Assembly: GCA_034530615.2 (NCBI GenBank)
Contig: JAVRCV020000007.1
Span: 32,001-96,000 of the forward strand
Source: Aulosira sp. ZfuVER01
GTDB taxonomy: Bacteria > Cyanobacteriota > Cyanobacteriia > Cyanobacteriales > Nostocaceae
Reading direction: 5' to 3'
Length of the DNA: 64,000 nucleotides
Below the pieces are notes generated by a model. That model saw nothing but the letters and a program-made list of their open reading frames with translations, was not told where the DNA came from and did no database searches. Positions 59,897 to 64,000 of the stretch are shown one piece after another; position 1 is the first letter of the stretch; the number at the start of each line of letters is the position of its first letter. A program made the translations under genes and the position numbers.

Positions 59897-61296
59897 ATAT
59901 TATTTGGCAACAGGGTGAATTAATTGAAGTTGCGATCGCGGATTTGAGTGATACGGGCGATGGTGTGGGACGTTATAACGATCGCGTAGTTTTTGTACCC
60001 GATACTGTACCAGGCGATCGCGTTGTTGTGCGTTTGGTACACGTGAAACCTAAATACGCCCACGGTAAGCTTCAGCAATTATTGCAACCATCGCCCCATA
60101 GGCAAAGGCCGAGTTGCATTGTGGCTGATAAGTGTGGTGGTTGCCAATGGCAGCATATTAACTATGAGTTCCAGCTACAAGCTAAACGCAATCAAGTTAT
60201 TCAAGCTTTGGAACGGATTGGCGGTTTTATGCAACCACCAGTAGATCCCGTACTCGCGGCGGCGGCGTCTTTGAGCTATCGTAACAAAGCTACATATCCC
60301 CTGAGCAAATCTTCAACAGGGCAAGTACAAATTGGTTACTACCAAAAAGCCAGCCATCAATTAATTAATCTCAATCAATGCCCAGTACAAGATTCTCGAT
60401 TAAATCCAATACTTGCTGAGGTGAAGCAGGATATTCAAAAGCGAGGATGGCAAATTTATGAGGAACGCCGTCACCAAGGGCAAATTCGTCATCTTGGTTT
60501 ACGCATTGGACGGCGTACTGGCGAAATATTGCTGACTTTGGTTGTCAAGGACTGGAACTTACCAGGAGTTGAAACCCAAGCGCAGGAGTGGTTACAACGC
60601 TATCCCCAGTTGGTAGGAGTGTCGTTAAATCGCAATAGCGATCGCACAAATGCGATTTTTGGTAGCGAAACTCGTTGTATTGCTGGTATGCCATACCTGC
60701 GAGAAAAATTTGCAGGATTGGAATTTCAGGTACTTCCGGATACGTTTTTTCAGGTTTATACTGAAACAGCAGAGGCACTTTTAGCAGAGATTCAGTCAGA
60801 ATTGAATCTCCAAGGGTATGAGGTATTGGTGGACGCCTACTGCGGAATTGGGACTTTAACTTTGCCTTTGGCGAAACAAGTACGACTGGCTACTGGGCTA
60901 GAAGTACAAGCCGAAGCAGTAAAACAAGCAATTTTGAATGCCCAACGCAATGGAATTAATAATGTTAGCTTTCAAACTGGGGCTGTAGAAAAATTGCTGC
61001 CACAGATGGAAAATGCACCAGATGTGGTATTACTCGATCCGCCGCGTAAGGGGTGCGATCGCTCTGTTATGGAAACTTTACGGCAAGTGAAACCATCTCG
61101 GATTGTTTACGTCAGCTGTAAAGTAGCCACCCTCGCTCGTGATTTGAAATTGCTTTGCCAAGATGGGCTATATACTCTCAAACGAGTACAACCAGCGGAT
61201 TTTTTCCCCCAAACTGCTCATGTGGAAGCAGCCGCATTTCTTGTTTTATCACACCTAGACGGGGGTTCTGCCACCTTGACAAAAACTCAAATTTGA
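59890..61296 (+). CDS. rlmD: 23S rRNA (uracil-1939-C5)-methyltransferase
   Basis: TRAM domain, CGGCQWQH, FFQV, DAYCGIG, LDPPRKG, YVSC and DFFPQTAHVE. Confidence 0.95.
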   Translation: MTNIIWQQGELIEVAIADLSDTGDGVGRYNDRVVFVPDTVPGDRVVVRLVHVKPKYAHGKLQQLLQPSPHRQRPSCIVADKCGGCQWQHINYEFQLQAKRNQVIQALERIGGFMQPPVDPVLAAAASLSYRNKATYPLSKSSTGQVQIGYYQKASHQLINLNQCPVQDSRLNPILAEVKQDIQKRGWQIYEERRHQGQIRHLGLRIGRRTGEILLTLVVKDWNLPGVETQAQEWLQRYPQLVGVSLNRNSDRTNAIFGSETRCIAGMPYLREKFAGLEFQVLPDTFFQVYTETAEALLAEIQSELNLQGYEVLVDAYCGIGTLTLPLAKQVRLATGLEVQAEAVKQAILNAQRNGINNVSFQTGAVEKLLPQMENAPDVVLLDPPRKGCDRSVMETLRQVKPSRIVYVSCKVATLARDLKLLCQDGLYTLKRVQPADFFPQTAHVEAAAFLVLSHLDGGSATLTKTQI

Positions 61297-61682
61297 AATT
61301 TGTAGTCTAGTGCATAGTAAAAATGCTAAAATTGAATTAAGCTAAAAATAGGTTTGATTTTGTTTAAAAAACTGAAGTTGCATAGGCTCTGAAAATCATG
61401 AATTAGATTGTTTAAAAGGCAACCCGGTCAAGAGACATAACACAAAAATGCTATTTCTAAATCCCAGCATTTTTTAGTTACTCACTACCTTTGGAGTTTA
61501 CTCCTAGCCATTTTAAATATTAAGCAATCTTAAATCATTAGCAGAGTCAATGCTCCCTAGCATTTTCAATATTTAGTTTTAAAGACGCAAGTTTGAAGGC
61601 AACATGACCACCTCAATATTTATCAGGGTGCCTGTAATAGCAAACTGATGTCTAGCTAACTGAAAGCTATGGGGTTTCTCTT

Positions 61683-62144
61683 GTGATTACCATCTCGCTC
61701 CGTCCAGTTGGACGTTATTGGGGCACTATTAGTTTTGCCTCAACTCTTTATCTATGTCCAATCTTAGATTTACTCTTGGCAGAGATTCCACCAACTTTAC
61801 AAGCCGAGCTGCGCCTGGGGCTTCAGGAAGCTTTAGTTAATGCAGCCAAACATGGCAATAATCTCGATCCCAGTAAAACGGTAGTAGTTCGTTTTTCGTT
61901 AATAGACAATCAATATTGGTGGGTCATATCAGACCAAGGTAGCGGCTTTGCTCCCGTATCTGACTCTGACTCTGATTGCGATCCCGATCCCATAGACTAT
62001 CTCCCACCAGATGAAGCAGAAAGCGGTCGAGGTCTTTGCCTGCTCCACCAGATTTTCGATCAGGTAGAGTGGAATCGCAAAGGTACAGAATTAAGACTTT
62101 GCAAACAGCTAGAACATCGACCACGACTAGCTCTGAGACGATGA
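61683..62144 (+). CDS. pmgA: PmgA-like anti-sigma/HATPase_c_2 regulator
   Basis: SFASTLYLCPILDLLL, LQEALVNAAKHGN, DQGSG and ESGRGL; GTG start. Confidence 0.85.
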   Translation: MITISLRPVGRYWGTISFASTLYLCPILDLLLAEIPPTLQAELRLGLQEALVNAAKHGNNLDPSKTVVVRFSLIDNQYWWVISDQGSGFAPVSDSDSDCDPDPIDYLPPDEAESGRGLCLLHQIFDQVEWNRKGTELRLCKQLEHRPRLALRR

Positions 62145-62186
62145 CAAAAGGATTGGGGATCGGGCATTTTCCCTTTCCCCTAAACC

Positions 62187-62480
62187 TTATTCCTTATTTG
62201 CCGATCCCTGATGACCATGACTGGGACAAGGGGGAGCAGAAATAGACTTATCTAACCAACCAGTAGCCTGTTCTAATCTAGCGAGGGCTTCTTGTGGCTG
62301 ATCTTTGAGGAGAAACACAAGAGCAGCGGCGGCTTGTTCACGAGCGCGAAAATTGCGGTTAGACTTGAGGCGATGCCAATCGTCAGGAGTAATACTTAGC
62401 CTTTCCATGAGGGCTTGGGCTAATTCCAAATTGCTAAATTCATTCAGTTGACTGGTTTTAGGCAGCTGGGTTTGAGACAT
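62187..62480 (-). CDS. Cyanobacterial hypothetical protein (DUF6439-like)
   Basis: LAQALMERLSI...WHRLK.NR..RAREQ...PPCPSHG. Confidence 0.7.
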   Translation of the reverse strand: MSQTQLPKTSQLNEFSNLELAQALMERLSITPDDWHRLKSNRNFRAREQAAAALVFLLKDQPQEALARLEQATGWLDKSISAPPCPSHGHQGSANKE

Positions 62481-62582
62481 GACTCTGAGTGCTGAGTGTT
62501 AAGTGCGGAGTTGGTCTATAGTCGGAATTTTAGCTATTGACTATTGGCAGACTCACATTTAATCATAGTTTACTGTTGGAAA

Positions 62583-62951
62583 ATGAAGCCGCCTAAACAA
62601 TCGTCCCAGCATTCTCCCCAAGAAAATCCCGAACCAGAATTTGCACAAGAACTTGAAGAAGTAGAGCGATCGCTTTCATCTTTAAAAGAACGCTACACCC
62701 AAGTAGAAAGCGATCGCGACCAAAAAGCACAATTGCAACAGCGTCGTCAAGACTTACAGCACAATAAAAAACCAACGCCAGAAATCAAAGCAGAGTTAAA
62801 GCAGATTAAACAGCAGTTGGAAGTGCTAGAACTCAACTTAGAAAGCCAGTTATTTTCTTGGCGTAGCTTCAAAAAACCTTTCTGGCAAGCCGTCCGCTTT
62901 GGTGGAATGGGCGTTATCATAGGCTGGATATTAAAGTCCTGTGCTGGGTAA
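62583..62951 (+). CDS. Coiled-coil protein with C-terminal membrane helix
   Basis: ATG at 62583; heptad pattern; FWQAVRFGGMGVIIGW; ends 3 bp before asnS. Confidence 0.7.
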   Translation: MKPPKQSSQHSPQENPEPEFAQELEEVERSLSSLKERYTQVESDRDQKAQLQQRRQDLQHNKKPTPEIKAELKQIKQQLEVLELNLESQLFSWRSFKKPFWQAVRFGGMGVIIGWILKSCAG

Positions 62952-62954
62952 ATT

Positions 62955-64000
62955 ATGGTAAATCGACGGATTGCAGAAATATTGCGAAGTGGTCAACCTG
63001 ATGAGTCCCTCTTGGTTCAAGGCTGGGTGCGGACAAAACGCGAGTCTAAAGGTTTTGCTTTTATTGAAGTCAATGACGGCTCATCACTAGCTAATTTGCA
63101 AATCGTGATTAATCAGGATTTGCCAGATTACGAAGCTATTTTAAAAAGTTTTAATACAGGTGCGGCAGTAGAAGTTACAGGAGTTTTGGTAGCATCTCTT
63201 GGTAAAGGACAGCGGATTGAACTCAAAGCCGAAACCGTGAAAGTTTACGGGGAAGCCGATCCCGAAACATATCCACTGCAAAAGAAACGCCATTCCTTTG
63301 AATTTTTACGCACCATTGGACATTTGCGATCGCGTACTAATTCCTTTGGAGCAGTTTTCCGTGTGCGAAATGCTTGTTCTACCGCAATTCACCAATTTTT
63401 CCAAGAAAGAGGTTTTTTGTGGGTACACACACCCATCATCACTGCAAGCGATTGCGAAGGCGCAGGGGAATTATTTAGCGTCACCAGCTTGGATCTGAAA
63501 AATATTCCCCGCACAGAAAATCAAGGAATAGATTACAGCCAAGACTTTTTTGGGAAACCGACATATTTAACAGTTAGCGGTCAGTTAGAAGCCGAAGTCA
63601 TGGCGATGGCGTTTAGTAACGTCTACACCTTTGGCCCTACCTTCCGCGCGGAAAATTCCAACACTTCGCGCCACCTAGCAGAATTTTGGATGGTCGAGCC
63701 GGAAATGGCTTTTTGCGATCTAGAAGGTGATATGGATTTAGCTGAGGCGTTTCTCAAATACATTTTTCAATATGTGTTGGAAAAATGCCCCGAAGATATG
63801 GAATTTTTTAATCAGCGCATTGATAACTCTGTATTAGCCACAGCCGAAAATATTATTAATAATCAATTTGAGCGCCTAACTTATACAGATGCGATCGCAC
63901 TTTTAGAAAAAGCTGATGTCAAGTTTGATTATCCTGTGAGTTGGGGCTTAGATTTACAATCGGAACACGAACGCTATTTGGCAGAGCAACTGTTCAAAAA
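62955..64000 (+). CDS. asnS: Asparagine--tRNA ligase (3'-truncated by window edge; absent from the ORF track)
   Basis: [13 protein letters not shown]...GWVRTKR...[51 protein letters not shown] and [13 protein letters not shown]. Confidence 0.96.
   Translation, partial: MVNRRIAEILRSGQPDESLLVQGWVRTKRESKGFAFIEVNDGSSLANLQIVINQDLPDYEAILKSFNTGAAVEVTGVLVASLGKGQRIELKAETVKVYGEADPETYPLQKKRHSFEFLRTIGHLRSRTNSFGAVFRVRNACSTAIHQFFQERGFLWVHTPIITASDCEGAGELFSVTSLDLKNIPRTENQGIDYSQDFFGKPTYLTVSGQLEAEVMAMAFSNVYTFGPTFRAENSNTSRHLAEFWMVEPEMAFCDLEGDMDLAEAFLKYIFQYVLEKCPEDMEFFNQRIDNSVLATAENIINNQFERLTYTDAIALLEKADVKFDYPVSWGLDLQSEHERYLAEQLFK

Larger units (their letters stand above)
1..64000. repeat. HIP1 octamer (GCGATCGC) dispersed through the window
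   Basis: Dozens of copies in genes and spacers, e.g. 1981, 13283, 14032, 59932. Confidence 0.95.

Noticed and set aside
63298..63498. 66-aa ORF
   Set aside because: Out-of-frame ORF inside asnS

Overview
This is a 64 kb chromosomal window from a heterocyst-forming cyanobacterium (Nostoc-like), judged from dense HIP1 octamers (GCGATCGC), Nostoc-type short tandem repeats, apcD and pmgA. In order it holds: (1) the tail of a polysaccharide-type cluster (partial propeller-like gene, PIG-L deacetylase, GT4); (2) a minus-strand DUF11/RTX protein, filamentous-haemagglutinin exoprotein and TPR-CHAT protease cassette; (3) a decayed, duplicated toxin-antitoxin hotspot with a PIN-like gene; (4) an orphan iron-enzyme cluster (DUF962/Mpo1-like, two Rieske oxygenases, GNAT-like protein, SulP transporter, ferritin-like diiron protein, AurF/CylC-like dimetal-carboxylate enzyme), with a third Rieske oxygenase and a ferredoxin 12 kb away; (5) between those two parts, a hrmE-frtA1A2BC-oprB-glcP-mutarotase sugar-uptake locus with twin perfect operators but no regulator in the window; (6) core genes wecB, pilT, a KaiB-domain gene, uvrA with a LexA-like box, a PAS hybrid kinase, purF, purL, apcD, rlmD, pmgA and partial asnS, plus a frameshifted doc gene, a secreted CpcT-like PEP-CTERM protein and a candidate sRNA. 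The best candidate for an undescribed system is the Rieske/diiron (possible halogenase) cluster. No CRISPR array, rRNA, tRNA or transposase was seen. All family calls come from motif recognition by eye, not from database searches.
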